NCBI RefSeq assembly: GCF_001194135.2
Contig: NC_068994.1
Span: forward strand, 23,480,244 to 23,517,982
DNA length: 37,739 nt
Reading direction: 5' to 3'
Origin: Octopus bimaculoides
Taxonomy: Eukaryota
Program-made: the position numbers and the translations under genes
The notes under the pieces: model-generated
Told to the model about the DNA's origin: nothing
What the model saw: only the letters and a program-made list of their open reading frames with translations
Database searches by the model: none
Shown here: piece by piece, positions 1-12,910 of the stretch
How the letters are laid out: every line of letters starts with the position of its first letter
Numbering within the stretch: the stretch's first letter is position 1

Positions 1-170
1 GTATGTATGTATGTATGTATGTATGTGTGTGTATGTATGTATGTATATATGTATGTATATATATATATCTATATGTATGTATAGGTGTGTATATGTATGC
101 ATATATGTATGTATATGTGTGTATATCTACGTATATACATATACACACACTCATATAAACACACACATAT
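1..170. repeat. (TATG)n/(TG)n/(TA)n/(CA)n compound microsatellite
   Basis: Direct reading of tandem units from the window start. Confidence 0.95.
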
Positions 171-523
171 CTACAGAGGGAGATAGTGGAGAGAAGGAGA
201 CAGAGAGATTAGATGAACTCCCTTTCTACGCGTAAGCGTGTAGAAACACACATACGTTTACTAATCGATTTTCTCACAATTTTAGCTTAATGAGTGACTA
301 TTGAAAGTGAAAGGGCAATCAAACAAATTCTGATTGGAAGTGGATCAATTTGTAACTAAACAAGTCAAACCTATTCTTAGTAGCAACATTTAGAGCAAGG
401 TAGAAATGTGCGAATACAGATTTTCATTAGAAATATGTCGGCCATGAATGATATCCACCATGCAGCTGTTGAAAATTTATTGGCACCGGTGAATTATTAG
501 AATTAACCACTTAATTAACTTAC

Positions 524-1041
524 CTTGCTCTTTCACTTAAGAGCCATCTTCAAGATATGCCTCCTCTCTTGACACCTCAACTTAATGTCTTCATTATCAT
601 TCAATTATTTATTTTTCTTTCAAATTTTTTTCATATTTTACTTAATGAAAATTTCTATTTTTGTGAACATCTCGCCATCTCTCATTCCCTTCTCATTCAA
701 CTCATTGAAAATATTTTACTCCCTTTCACATATCTCCATATTTTCTTCACTTGTTATCGCTAATCTTTCAATGAACTTTGAAAAAAAATTTTTTTTCAGT
801 TTCTCGTTTCTCTTTCTTTTCATCTTCGTTAATTTCATCAACCACTCCCCTCTTTACCCTTTCTTTTTCCCCCTCATTTTCTCTATTTTTGAAGTTTTTC
901 TTCTGCTTTTCTTCTGCTATTTCCTTCTTACCCCCAACAAGCTCTCCTCTCTTCATATTAATTTTAACGATGTAATTGTGTTTCTCCTTATATAGCATAA
1001 AAATGTTTATACATTTCGTAATTATTATTCTATCTCTATCT

Positions 1042-1114
<73 letters not shown>

Positions 1115-1840
1115 CACACACATATATGTGTTTGTATGTGTGTGTACATATATCTATGTTTTACCGACAGAAGTTTACGCAGCAGAAATCTTTGTATGCT
1201 ATAAAGTTTCGTACTTGAAACTCTTTCAGATATTTCCTCAAATTTGTTGATGTCACCGGTGAACGAATCCTTGCTCTTGTTACTGCTTATGTTGTTGGTG
1301 ATGTTGCTACTGCTGCTGTCCCTGCTGCCAATGCTTCTGCTTTCTCTGCTGGTATTATTGCTGTCGCTTTTGCTGCCGATGTTTCCTTTTTGTGGCTTTG
1401 CCGCGCTATTGCTTTTGCTATCATTATTACCCCCCGCTGCAGCTGTTGTTTTTATTACTATTCTCGTTTGCCGCAATATCAGCGGTACAATGTTTTTAAA
1501 CTTTGAAATTCAGCTATCATAAAGCCTCTTCTTCCTTTTGCATGAGCAGAATATCATCTTCGCTACAATTGCTGTTGTTGCTGTTATTATTACTACTACA
1601 CTTCTTTGCAACCATAGCAGTGGTGCAGGTATTTGGATTTTGACCCTTCATGGTTTGAAAACGTTCTTCATCCTCCTTTTCCATGAGAAAAGTGAAAAGG
1701 AGTGATCTTGACTCGTTTTGCACCTGCCTTTGTGACTCATCCCCAACTTCATCCTATATTTTGCTGTCTGTGGAATCCAACACAATATTTGTAAAAAGAA
1801 TGTGTTTTGGAAGCGAAATTTGAAAATTGTTTTTGACAAA
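524..1840 (-). pseudogene. Decayed low-complexity (E/K- and S/N-rich) coding-like segment, possibly a pseudo-exon
   Basis: Minus-strand frames can be chained across a few stops and frameshifts: DEVGDESQRQVQNESRS..MEKEDEERF..CSSNNNSNNSNCSEDD, then NNDSKSNSAAKPQKG..KFEEISERV, then after the (CA)n insertion MLYKEKHNY..EEKQKKNFKNRENEGEKE..KFIERLAITSEENMEICERE. The chain ends at a consensus donor AAG|GTAAGT (exon end 524). No family recognised. Confidence 0.35.
1045..1146. repeat. (CA)n microsatellite with TA/TG tail
   Basis: Direct reading. Confidence 0.95.
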
Positions 1841-2689
1841 TTTGAGCCTCAAAGAGGATGAAACAAATAAGCTAGCCAACTTGACATGTTCTGGTTGATT
1901 TAAACAAATTTTATACCACAGAGTTTATACAATTAACAAACTTACTACAAACGTAACAGACGAGCAGCCTTACGAGGAAGGCGAAGCGAGGCAACAAGTC
2001 TATTTGACTCAGAACTTCTCATTACTCTAAAAATGTTCAACGGTAAAGCCTGTCTCGCAAAGGATTATCACATTTGCGAACCGTATAAAAATATCTGCAA
2101 CTTGATCTTAATATGTGGTTTACAAAATTGTCATATTGAAATATAAATGCATATTAAAAAAATATAGCGAGACAGAAAAAGAGAGAGGGTTAATGATAGA
2201 GGGGATTAATGACAGAGAGAGATATCAATACACACAGACACGCACACACACACACACATGGATAGACAGATATGGATAATGATATATATGAAGTAATACA
2301 GAGAGACCAAGAGTGAAAAGAGGAAAGAAATTAGACATATAATAAATCACTTCTCCACATCATACACAAGCTACAGCTTATTTGTCAACATGGCAAGATA
2401 AGATTTATCAGTTTAATAAAGTGATAACACATATGAAGCATTTTAATTAACGTACAGAACCATTTGTCTAAGACGTCCAACGAAAGAAAATAGGAGCATG
2501 AGTGTAGCTTATTATTATGATGATTAATGGTGAAAATAACTAATTATAACAGCAGAATAGAAGAAAAATAACCATCAAAGCATCAAAAAATTTACAAAGG
2601 AAAGCAAACACGAAAACGACGACAATATCAACAAACAATTAAATCTGTCAATTATGAAACTGTTTGGAAACATTCCGGGGAAATATTGG

Positions 2690-4281
2690 TGGATTTACAC
2701 GCGTTTGTTTTGATTTCCTTTTCTACACCATTGGTCACTGATGATTGATGCACTTAACTACTTCCCTTGTATAAAAATATAGATACCACCACGTGCGCAT
2801 ACTCTCACATATCCAACTTATCGAAAGAAAAAGCAAAATTCAATTACATGCTCGTGTGGATAGCCTAAGGAATAAAAATAATATAAGATTTCACTACACC
2901 GTGTCCCCAAATTAATTGACGCTCGAATAAGTATATAGATTATACTGATAAGCTAGATTCTAGCTGCTAGAACGTTGTTTCTCGAGTAGGATCGAAGACT
3001 TTCGAAAATCATCTGACGCTTCTTCTTGAAGATGATGCAAAGTTTTCTTGGGGATGCATTTTACTCTCACATTATCAGAAAGCTTAATTGGTGGCTTGGT
3101 ACTCTATTTAAAAGGTACTCTATATTGGAAATAGTATGTCTGACACTGTACCTTTGAGCTGCTGAATCAAAAAATTAAATGTTTGTAAACTACATTTTGA
3201 AAAGCCTCTTTGTCACCATGCCTTCTTACTGAACGCCACATCAGAGGTAAATTAAACTTTGCATAACCCTTGAATGCCCACGGGTTTTGGGAGAGATGCA
3301 CGTGCAAGGGTTTTGATTTTATATTATTTCCACTCAGAAAAGCGTCAGATGATGTTCGAAAGTTTTGAATCCTACTTGAGAAATAAAGTTCTTGCAGGAA
3401 TGTACAATTTTATCAACGTTGTACTCTTGCTGTGGTGTGTAGCCCACTTCAGCAATAATTTTTTTTCAGTTACACAGAATAATTAGTGGCAACTTCTGTA
3501 TCAATACTGGCAGCTTTTCCAGTCATTTTTATGTTGTACAGATATACGCGCTTCTTGAACTTTTCCGACTATTCATTAGAAATTTTACCTTTTTCTGTAA
3601 ATGGTCATACATACTTTTGGCTTTTTTCTTTATTTACGATCGTGCTTATTGGCACATTACGCAGAGCCTGAACTTCGATCCATTCTCCCAAGTGGATTTC
3701 CATTTTAAGCCTCTTATTAGACCTATGAAAAGAAAAATACTGTCTGAGTAGTCAACGGGGTAGATTCCTGAGCATTTCACTCAATTATCCCTCAATGTAG
3801 ATATTGCAAGCTTTAATGTTTTATAAATATTGTTTATTTTTTTCCCGTATGAAGCCTTTTTAAAACATTAAATTTAATATCCAGTGTAGTCCTTTATGGT
3901 TCCTTTTCGTACTACTGCGTTTAATTCCACTTGGTGTCTTCTTTCTAGACATTTTGAATGGTAAGTAAATCAGACAGTAGCAGCGATCAACAGTTATTCA
4001 CAATAAATATGTAGTAGAAATATAGTATCACGACCCTCCTCCACACACAAGCACACACAAGCGATTTACAAATTGTTAAAAATACTTTGACCTTAGCTAA
4101 AACGCTGAGAAACGGTCTTTGGGTTAAGAAGAAAGTGTCGTTTTTAAACCGTCAAAATTTATCGAAGCTTCCGTAAGCGCAGAACTGCAGATCGTATCTT
4201 TAAATTAGTGGTCATTCATTAACATTTCTGGAAGCACAAAACCATCTAACCTAAGGTAGCTGTAACGCGAGGATACCTGTA
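2690..4281 (-). mobile_element. Tigger/pogo-family DNA transposon relic with decayed CENP-B-like transposase
   Basis: TA + CAGGTATCCTCGCGTTAC terminal motif at 4281-4262. ATG at 3952. Colinear motifs across stops and frameshifts: TLDIKFNVLKRL (psq HTH), HLGEWIEVQALRNVPIS, KFKKRVYLYNIKMTGKAASIDTE, GYTPQQEYNVDK, GFKTFEHHLTL, KPLHVHLSQNPWAFKGYAKFNLPLMWRS, YRVPFK, VRVKCIPKKTLHHLQ, NGVEK. These follow the order of Tigger1-type DDE transposase motifs. The second TIR was not found. Confidence 0.85.
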
Positions 4282-4624
4282 CTCATATAATTTTCAATCT
4301 GCAATAACTAAACTAAGATTCTAAAATGGCATGTACGTCGTGTGTTTTCAAAGATTACTCATTTTACTCTTTTCCATAAGAAAATAGAACATAAATATTC
4401 TCTGTATTTTGTATCAGAAAATCAGACAACAACTCGCCACAGATAAGATAATTATTCGTTTGGTGTGGAAAAGTCAGTTCTATCGGAAGTGCATTAAAAT
4501 ATCTTTGAGCCTCCGTTGGTTTTGAGGATTTCAGATTGTTTCCTAATGTTGCATGAAGAATTGAAAATAAAATAAATCACACTCTAATACGGGATGTTTT
4601 ATGAATCCATTATATAGTCGATGG

Positions 4625-4797
4625 GCCGGTTAGTAATAACAACCAGACCTTAGTTCACACCCACCATCTTAGACAAGAAGGGTATATTGAATAACGTGTT
4701 CCCGGATACATTTTACCTTTGAAAAAAAGAAAAAGTTGATTAAGGCTAGAAGACTTTGCCATAGATCAAGGCTGATCGGGTTTAAACATCATCAACA
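4625..4797 (+). mobile_element. Short interspersed repeat, family C (diverged copy ending in an AAC-like tail)
   Basis: Reverse-complement similarity to 9845-10030 and 24650-24835. Confidence 0.5.
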
Positions 4798-5054
4798 AAA
4801 GCTGTGTTTCTGTATTTCTTTATATGTTGGTCTACTAACGTCTTCGAGTGTCTATTGGACTATTTTATGTTTAATAAACTTTGTTCCATAAGTAATGATG
4901 CTTCTATAAAAGACTTGAAATGAAAAGCCATTACAAGGGAAATGTTTCAGATGTAATGGCTTCTTTAATAGAATGATGGTCCATGGGCAAGTCTAATATG
5001 GTCATGAAATTAGCAAAGCTGTTATTCGGTATTCGTTGTAACTCTATGCACTAT

Positions 5055-5110
5055 GAGTTCAAATGTCTCCTTTACGTTCCATCCTTTCGAGGTCGATAAA
5101 GTATCAGTTC
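5055..5110 (+). mobile_element. Family A SINE fragment
   Basis: TGAGTTCAAAT..TTCCATCCTTTCGAGGTCGATAAAGTATCAGTT matches the 8370-8580 copy. Confidence 0.55.
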
Positions 5111-5388
5111 TTTCTGTCTGTCTGTCTGCCTGTCTGTCCTGTGAAGAAATTGACTCTGGTTAGAGCCTTGGGCCCTTCCACTAGGAGCAAAGGGTTCAAG
5201 GCAAGCCATGAAATTTATCTCTGCGCTAACCAACTTCACTTTCCTTTAGATTGGTGCCGTATTGTAGATACGAGATGATATATGAGAATGCATGGTATAC
5301 CTAACCTCCTAGAGGGAGGCCAAGTATACCTGAAGTGAAATAGTTAAAATTACAAATTAAAACCAAGATATATCTTTAATTCACAGCC

Positions 5389-6010
5389 ATGAATATTAAC
5401 TTGTGAAATAATGGTCAATATTCTTAAAAATGGAAATGGAATTATGTGGCATTTGTACTTTTGTTGGGCCTTAGTGGTTTGAAAGAGGTGAAAATTACTT
5501 AAACTAGGAATGGAAACTCAGTGAGTGAGCGCTTATATCTTACTCTACCGTGATTGCCAATTTCTGCAAGTAGTAATGATTCTTATATTAATCGATATCC
5601 CAGAGAGCAGTCCAGAGAATAGAGAGGAACGTGTATTATGAAGTCATGAACATTTCTGCTAAATATCTATAAAGGCAGAACAAATGAAGTACTGAATCAA
5701 AGTAAACTTGAATTCGCTTCAAGTGTATGTTGTCTATTGTTTTGCTAGGCGACATTTACGGGAGGAAAATTACATATTTTCTATACTACAGATAACCTAT
5801 AATTAAAAGGTTATGAATTCTAGAGAGAATATTCAAGTCTGAGAATCAAAGTACTGCGATTTCGACTTATTCTGGCACTGTTACGACTACAGAGTGAAAC
5901 CTAACGTGTATAATGGATCTTTTGTTTCAATAACAACTTCAAAACTCATTGAATCGTGTTCGGGTACAGAACTCCCTTCCAAATATATGCATATGGTGTT
6001 GGATATAAAG
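5389..6010 (+). mobile_element. Possible decayed AP-endonuclease region of a non-LTR retrotransposon
   Basis: Weak colinear motifs: MNINL*NNG (xTWNxNG), FLLNIY (LxNxYAP), IVLLGDI (GDFN), STYS, SPSKYMHMVLDIKL (SDH region). Heavily degraded. Confidence 0.3.
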
Positions 6011-6349
6011 CTATTGTACAGAACTAATCAATCAAACTGTAACACCTATTCTTTTACATAAACCCTATTTCACTTTTGTCATTTTCATTATCTAGGGGGC
6101 CATTATCTAATTCATTAATCTTTTTAAAAAAACAGCGAAGTTTCATATCAACGAGATCTGGTTGCAATTTCTAGTAGGGCTACCGAAATGTAGAGACTAT
6201 CTTAACGATTTGCCATGGTTGGTATTATTGTTGTCGTTTAATCCCCAGTCATAGACTAGAGTAACCAGAGGCAACTCCATGTACAGTCTCTTTCCTAAAT
6301 GTGGTTGAGCTTCACGTTGGTACTTTGTCCCCAGAAAAAAAACCCCTCA

Positions 6350-7760
6350 AGATTTGAAAATAGTTCTAAGTGCAAAAATATCGCAACAATCTGGGCAACA
6401 GTCGTCTCCTGTTGGTGACAGTATGAAGAACGTTGGTGAAATCGTCTCTGAGGAAGTCAACGTCATATCAGTGAAACCAGTTGCGCGTATTAGTTTTACA
6501 AGCCTGCCCCGTAACTTTGCCTGGAATTCTATGGAAGTACCCGCGGACTAGAGAAAACGGTGCAGTTGTGCACATTCCCAAGAAAGACAAACTCACTGAG
6601 TGCTACAGATGCAGAGATGTATCCATAGCAGGCGGAGTGTATTGCCAGATCATTCTGAATAGCATAAAACACGCAATCGAACAACGTGAACAGTAACCAG
6701 AGATTGCAACCAAAGCGATCATACGCTGAGCAGATGTAGACACTTTGCTGCATCATTGAGAAGTGTTTCAGACCCTTACTCACTACCGGTTTCATAGGTT
6801 TTGCAAAGTCATTTGACAGCGTACACAAATCCTTGCTTTCATCATGTGGACGTATGGCATATCTCCCAAAGCCATCACAACCATTCAATAAATGTACATG
6901 AATTCAAAGTACTGCTTAAGAACAGAAAATGGACACTAACTGGTTACAACTCGTCACGAGTGTCCTAAAAGGGTGAGTGTTATCTCTGATTCTCTTCACA
7001 AGGACTATAAATTGGTCAAGGGATTCAGTAGCTTGCAGTGAAAAAGATGGCGGAGCTGCATTTTGCAGATGATATCACTGTATTAGTAGGATCTTTACAG
7101 TACTTCCAGATACTCGTTAGTGCATTCAGCATTTCAGCAGTAGGTATAGGCCCCAACGTCAAGATTAAGGAAACCAAAACCATGTTGACTGGGACAACAC
7201 TCCACCGTCAGATGTATATATTGACCAGAAGGAAGTGGAGTTAGTAGACAACTTCACCTATCTAGAAGTTCTATTTGCTCCAATGTAGACATGAAGAAAG
7301 AGCTTGATTGTGGAGTTTAGTAAAACCTTGAAGAGCAAGATACTTACTCTAAGAAACAAAGTGCCTTTTACCCTTCTATATTGTTGTGAAACAAGTTACT
7401 TGGAAGCCAAATAAGAAAAGAAACCGAATGCTTTTGACAACAGATTCAATCGGAAAATACTACGCATCAAATGGAACAACTTTATCAGTAACGAACAGAT
7501 CAACGCTCAGTGTCCATCACAATCTGCAAGTGCCGACCGAGTTGGCCTGGGCGTGTTGTAATATTCCCCGATGGAAAAACTCACCAAATAAGTCCTTCAA
7601 GGATAACGGCGCAGGGGACGCAGGAAGTAAATAAGGTGCGTATGTTGGACAGCAGAGACGGATTGCTGATAGGGATTGAGGAATTCGCGTCTAAAAGAAT
7701 AGGATATGTGGTCTGCGTGTGAATAAGAGATGTATTCGCTCTAGGTTAAAAAGAAATCTT
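6350..7760 (+). mobile_element. RTE-clade LINE relic, reverse transcriptase and 3' part of the ORF
   Basis: Motifs across frameshifts: AWNSMEVPAD, VVHIPKKDKLTEC, GGVYCQIILN, RLQPKRSYAEQM*TLCCIIEKC, FIGFAKSFDSVH (6791-6826), VLKG*VLSLILF, LHFADD (7056-7073), KETKTM, VDNFTYL, TLLYCCET, AFDNRFNRKILRIKWNNFISNE, QG*RRRGRRK. Confidence 0.9.
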
Positions 7761-7954
7761 TGGATGATTGAGAAGAAAAGCTAGAACTAGTCCACAGCGG
7801 GAGTGGGTGTCCATTTTTAGTTTGCACACAATAGGGATGTCTAGAATGTAATGATGTGTGGACAATTCCAGAGGCCTGATCTGAATGTTTGCAACAGAGC
7901 AAACAACGCTTGGACGACGTGGTACATCAAAGAAAACTTTCTACACCTACGCTC

Positions 7955-8105
7955 AAAAGAATGTTACCCATGGTCATTTCCCATATATCAGGAATTTAAC
8001 GCATCTAGGACTACATCCAGTGTGACCTTCTTTTTAAAAGATGACAGATGTTTGGTTTGAAAGAGATTGGATTTCTATTTCTCTGTACGTAGAGGCCTCC
8101 ACATT
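7955..8105 (-). mobile_element. Short interspersed repeat, family C
   Basis: Shares GCATCTAGGACTAC..CTTCTTTTTAAAAGATG..GAGATT..CTATTTCT..CGTAGAGGC with the other copies. Confidence 0.55.
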
Positions 8106-8369
8106 TGTTGCCAAAGGTAATATGGATTTGCTTCTTATTCCTCCCTACAGACAAACATAACATTTTGTTAGGAAAAGGCACTGAAAGAAGATATTCTTTT
8201 GTAAAATAAGATTTTTTTTTGCTTTTTAATAAATTCTTTCACATATACTAAGTTTAATTTAGATTCACTTTTTCTCTAGAGTTTGTAATCTTGAAAACGT
8301 AAATGCTGAAATGAAAGCATGCCCCTAGAACTACGCTATATTGCCTTTCCGTAATCATATAGTTAATAA

Positions 8370-8580
8370 AGCGGTGAGCTGGCAGAATTGTTAGCACGCC
8401 GAGCAAAATGCTTAGCGGCAATCGTCCGTCTTTATCTTCTAAGTTCAAATTACGCCGAAGTCGATTTTGCTTTCATTCTTGTAGGGTCGATAAAATAAGT
8501 ACTAGTTGAGCACTGGGGTCGATGCATTCGACTTACCCCATCCTTCGATATTGCTGGCCTTGTGCCAAATTTTGAAATCG
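8370..8580 (+). mobile_element. tRNA-derived SINE, family A, near full length
   Basis: A-box-like GGCAGAATTGTTAG, B-box-like GTTCAAATTAC, core GTCGATAAAATAAGTAC..CTGGGGTCGAT, tail GCTGGCCTTGTGCCAAATTTTGAAA. About ten copies in the window. Confidence 0.85.
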
Positions 8581-8821
8581 ATTATATAGATAATACGTGT
8601 CAACTTCAAATATCCCAGCTTACCTATTGCAACATAACAGGCAATAGTGAACGATAAGGAAAACAAATAGTATAGTAATGGGAAATACTTTTAATGGGAA
8701 AATCCATTTCACAATCATCGGCAAGAAAACCTGATGCTAACTTGAGTCTCCGTTGTTAGGCGAGTTGTTTTCGGTTTGTGAAAATGTATTGTGATGCATT
8801 TCTAATAACTTAGGTTGAATG

Positions 8822-9400
8822 AAGGTTACATGGAATACAAATGGTGTACCGCTACCAAAGAATACTGTGATGGGAATAATGTGTCGTATACGTCCCAAAC
8901 GAAAACATCATTAAAAGAGTGAGGTCTTATTTGTATGAGAAGTGTATCGATTATGTGAAAACAGACAACTGGCGACTTGGACTGCTTAAAATATATGGTT
9001 AGAAGAATGTTTAATAAGAGTTTGTAGTTAGGCTTTAAGAAGATACCAAACCCCATGAAGTTATTATGTTCATCTTATGCCATGTTCATCTAATAAATCA
9101 AGAGAGAATTTACTAGAGTCGCTTCTGGTTGATTTTGCCAGAACAAAGCTACTGCTTTCTGTATTGTTGAATCCAAATTTACCGGAGTATGATTGCAGCT
9201 CACCGAACTTGGCTGTATTTACTGAGGAATTGTGATAGCTTCCAGATGCTATATGATTTATTCTCATTCGGATCGACTCATATTTACAGATTGACTTCAC
9301 AGGATTAATTTATTCAATTTCAAATCTAATTCAATCAGTACAAATCAGCAGAAAATTCAGAAGCTTTAAGAATACTGGAAACGTTTTGAAGAAAAAGTAA
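8822..9400 (+). mobile_element. Possible decayed L1/Tx1-like endonuclease
   Basis: KVTWNTNG (N-terminal APE motif), EVLFV*E (DxxxxQE), IRIDSYL (SRID). No intact frame. Confidence 0.3.
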
Positions 9401-9844
9401 TTTACGGACATCAATAAGAAATATATACGGATTCATCTAATAACCTAATATCAATGTTACGCAAACTGCGCGCTGAACACATGTGGTTTATTCAATTAAA
9501 CTGCAGAACATCGTTTAGTTAAAGATAACTCAAATTTATCTCGTTCATTTAAGAGATTTCTTTTTGTAGAGATCCACGATTTTTATATCATGCGATGATA
9601 TAAAAAGAATGAATAAAATAAAGAATTATGCTTAAAGTAATGAGTTAGATATTTGATTGGTGGAGGTAATAATGAGCAGGCAAATTAGAGATGGAAAGCG
9701 ATAGAGGAAGTTGTTGAGTAGTTGAATCTGTGAAATGTCTACGTCAAAATGTGCGATAAAGAAGGAAATTAGATGAAAAATATGCAATAAAGAAGGAATT
9801 GGGAGAAGAAAAATAACCGATTTAGAGATATAAATCGCTGGTTT

Positions 9845-10030
9845 TCTGTTTAGTCCTAGGTCAGCTCTTTTCAAACAAATTTTTTATAAAAAAACGTTCC
9901 AGCTGCGACCAAATGTTTTCAGTGTATCGTGTATATAGGACTACATTATGCAATGTCACCTTCATTTCTAAGTCGGTAGGATATGATTAAAGAAAATCTG
10001 TATGCTATTTCTAGCAAGTTGATTGACTTA
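9845..10030 (-). mobile_element. Short interspersed repeat, family C
   Basis: GTTTAGTCCTAGGTCAGC..TAGGACTACATTATGCAATG..GGTAGGATATGATT..GCTATTTCTAGCAAGT. Similar to 24650-24835. Confidence 0.65.
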
Positions 10031-11546
10031 TGCAAAGATTCTATTTGTAAGAGGAAACAAATAACGGAATTTGGTGGCAAATTCTTGACAAACTATGACT
10101 GTGATCTTGATGATTTCTCTCTTGGAATAAATTAACTTCCTTTCTATCAGTAATGATGTTAAGAAAGGCATGAATTTCATAACTTTATAGTTTTCATCTT
10201 TTGTAAACCGGAATTGTTGCTAATATTATGGAATTCAATAGCGGAATGTCTTGTTGAGCAAACTTAACTGGGAAGTTTTCATTTATCAAACTCCTTTAAT
10301 TTCAGTGACATTTCTTCCATGCCCTCCTTGTTAATAAGAAAAGGTTAAATACGATTAGAAGCTTCTAAGCAAATTGATGACCTTTTAAAATATTCAAATG
10401 AAGATACTAGATCTATTAAGAAAAAATCCGGAGATATTTAATTGAGAGTCGACACTGCTATACTGCTTGAAGCAAACGTATTATACATTGGATATCATTA
10501 CAATGAAATCCATTTATTCTATCAGTATGTATTTCTACTGTAAGAACCAACTATTTTATTTTTCAGTGTAATTTTTATACATCCAGAGAAATGAGGAAGA
10601 TCTAATTAAATAAAACAGATGATAAAGTTTGTAAAATTTCCAGTCGATTTTTGGTGTTTCCTTAAAGTTCAGTACCATTGCAAATTTTATATTTGTATTT
10701 TCCCAATTCAACAAAAGAAAAGAAAAAAAAAAAACTCAGATTTGTTTGTAGAAACAACAACAGCAATGAATTATGTAATATTTATTTCAAGTAAAACATA
10801 TAAGTTTTAAAAACACATACTCAACTAACTGTATGAACTTCTCAGAACAGAAAATGGCATGACTGACTTCGTAAAAATTTGACCAGAGAAGCGCATTAAA
10901 AAGTTACATTCCGATGTTTTTCTACCTCAGCTGTCTATACGCGCGGCAACGTACCACAACCATGACTTAAGTTATCGGCGAATTAAGTTTCTTATTGCAT
11001 TTCTCGACTATGACGGACTTTCCGACGAAGACGACGTATGAGTGTTCAGCTTTTGCCGAACGACCTGCACAATTGATTTGTTTATAGTGATCAAATATTA
11101 TGTGCCGTATATTAGCTCATTTCATCAAATCGAAGTTGCGTTTCTCGACAATGACATCACCAATACTTGTATCATTTTCCCCTACCAACATAAATAAATT
11201 CTCAACCTTATACTTATTTAACAATTCAATGTTAAACACATTATTTCTAGATATAAGCGGCTTAAATATTTTATTCTAAGAATGCTACATCATTTGTTGA
11301 AATACATTTTTTTTTCTCGACCTTTTCTGCTCAAATCAATTCGCTTCATTATCATAGTATGAATAGAAAAATGAGTGGGCTCCGATATTGTTGTGTAATT
11401 TTTAATTATATTTACACTTCGAAAAAATATAATCTGATTTTGATACTGTTCTTTCTGTCATGAACTAAAACGTTTTCTCTATACATGCGACAAGTGTGGC
11501 AAAGAGAACATCGTGTGTATAGGTCCTATCAACACGTATACGATAA

Positions 11547-11685
11547 GATGGCAGAATCGGATGAGCATTTCATCCATCTTTACGTTCTGAGTTCAAATTT
11601 CGCCAAGGTCGACTTTGCCTTTCATCCATTCGGGGTCAATAAAATAAATACCAGTTGAGCATTGGGTCAATGTAATCGATTTCCA
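11547..11685 (+). mobile_element. Family A SINE with internal deletion
   Basis: GGCAGAATCG..CTGAGTTCAAATTTCGCCAAGGTCGACTTTGCCTTTCATCC..ACCAGTTGAGCATTGGGTCAATGTAATCG. Confidence 0.85.
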
Positions 11686-11687
11686 TT

Positions 11688-11798
11688 GATGAAAGACAAA
11701 GTCGACCTCGGCTGAATTTGAATTAAAAACGTAAAGGCGGACGAAATGCCGCTAAGCATCTTTCTCGGTATGCTAACGATTCTGCAAGCTCACCACCT
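11688..11798 (-). mobile_element. Family A SINE 5' half, inverted relative to its neighbour
   Basis: Reverse complement reads GGTGGTGAGCTTGCAGAATCGTTAGCA..TTCAAATTCAGCCGAGGTCGACTTTGTCTTTCATC. Confidence 0.85.
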
Positions 11799-12444
11799 TT
11801 AATGGACGAAATATTATTATTAAATGGGAAAGTTAAAGAACAGCATAACGATAAAAATATCCATGCAGGTAGAATTTGAAAGAGGTAAATAATTATTGGC
11901 ATGACGGGCAAAATTAGAAGCGTGTGAGAAGCATGTTGAAAATCTGTGTGGAACAAGGAAGAAAATTTTTATTTTCATTAATAGTGTTTGCGTGTGACAT
12001 AATTATAAAAACAAATAGTGAGAGGCTGATGGAACGTCATACGTAGATTCAGTTAGGCAGAGGAAGAAATCTCCATCTATTAATAGATGTTCAATCGAAG
12101 AAAGAGGATCTAGGATTCCTAAAGTTAATTTACGTTGTGGCTGGTGAAAAAGCGATGAGATGTCTTTTTGAAATATCAATCAATAAAAATCTGAATGCAG
12201 GATTACGGATTTGAGACATTTGTAATAACAAGACTCTTAGTCACATTAATGATGTCATCACAATAAATTTGGCAGGAAATATGGCTGGCGATATTAGGGA
12301 AAGTACCGAGGCATTACATATGCAGATACGCACGTACACACGTGCACACATTTTGCTGTGCGACTCTACTGACTTATATGAGCTATCTGCATTAGATTAC
12401 GTTTAATCACTCTATATATGTGAAATATAAAACACCCCAAAAAC

Positions 12445-12910
12445 ATGTGTGTGAGTGTGATGTATGCGTGTGTGTCTCAATGTGTGAGAGAGATTGAGAG
12501 AGAGAGGGGAACAAATTGAGAGAGAGAGAGAGAGAGAGAGTATGTGTGTGCGCATATCTGTTAAGGCGTAAAACAGTGGTATTAGTTTCAGTATTGTACC
12601 CCCAAAGGTAATAGTTTAACCTCTTAATAAATAGATAAACAAATAAATTGATATCGCTAAGAGAGATAACAGACTGTGATGATGACGGGCAAATATGATT
12701 TCGAAAAAACCTTGAAAGTGATAGTGCATTACAGCCACAGTCCAATGATTAGAAACGATAAAACATAGTAAATGTCTCTCTCTCTATATATATATCGACA
12801 TGTGAGTATGATTGTTTATGTGTACACACACACACACACATTTACACACACACAGATGTATATATACATAGATACACACATACACACACACACACATATA
12901 AATATATAAT
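12445..12910. repeat. Mixed (TG)n/(AG)n/(CA)n microsatellite tracts
   Basis: Direct reading; tracts are interspersed with unique sequence. Confidence 0.8.

Noticed and set aside
1244-1522. Leu-rich plus-strand ORF resembling a membrane protein or signal peptide
   Set aside because: It is the antisense reading of the S/N-rich minus-strand tract.
2780-3100. A second, plus-strand Tigger copy (SKEKAK, MLVWI)
   Set aside because: The minus-strand transposase reads colinearly through this interval; only the 58-bp inverted arm is supported.
10860-11150. CpG-richer patch, and a similar one at 34800-34930 with TTAACCC
   Set aside because: Probably transposon terminal sequence, but no TIR pair or family could be supported.
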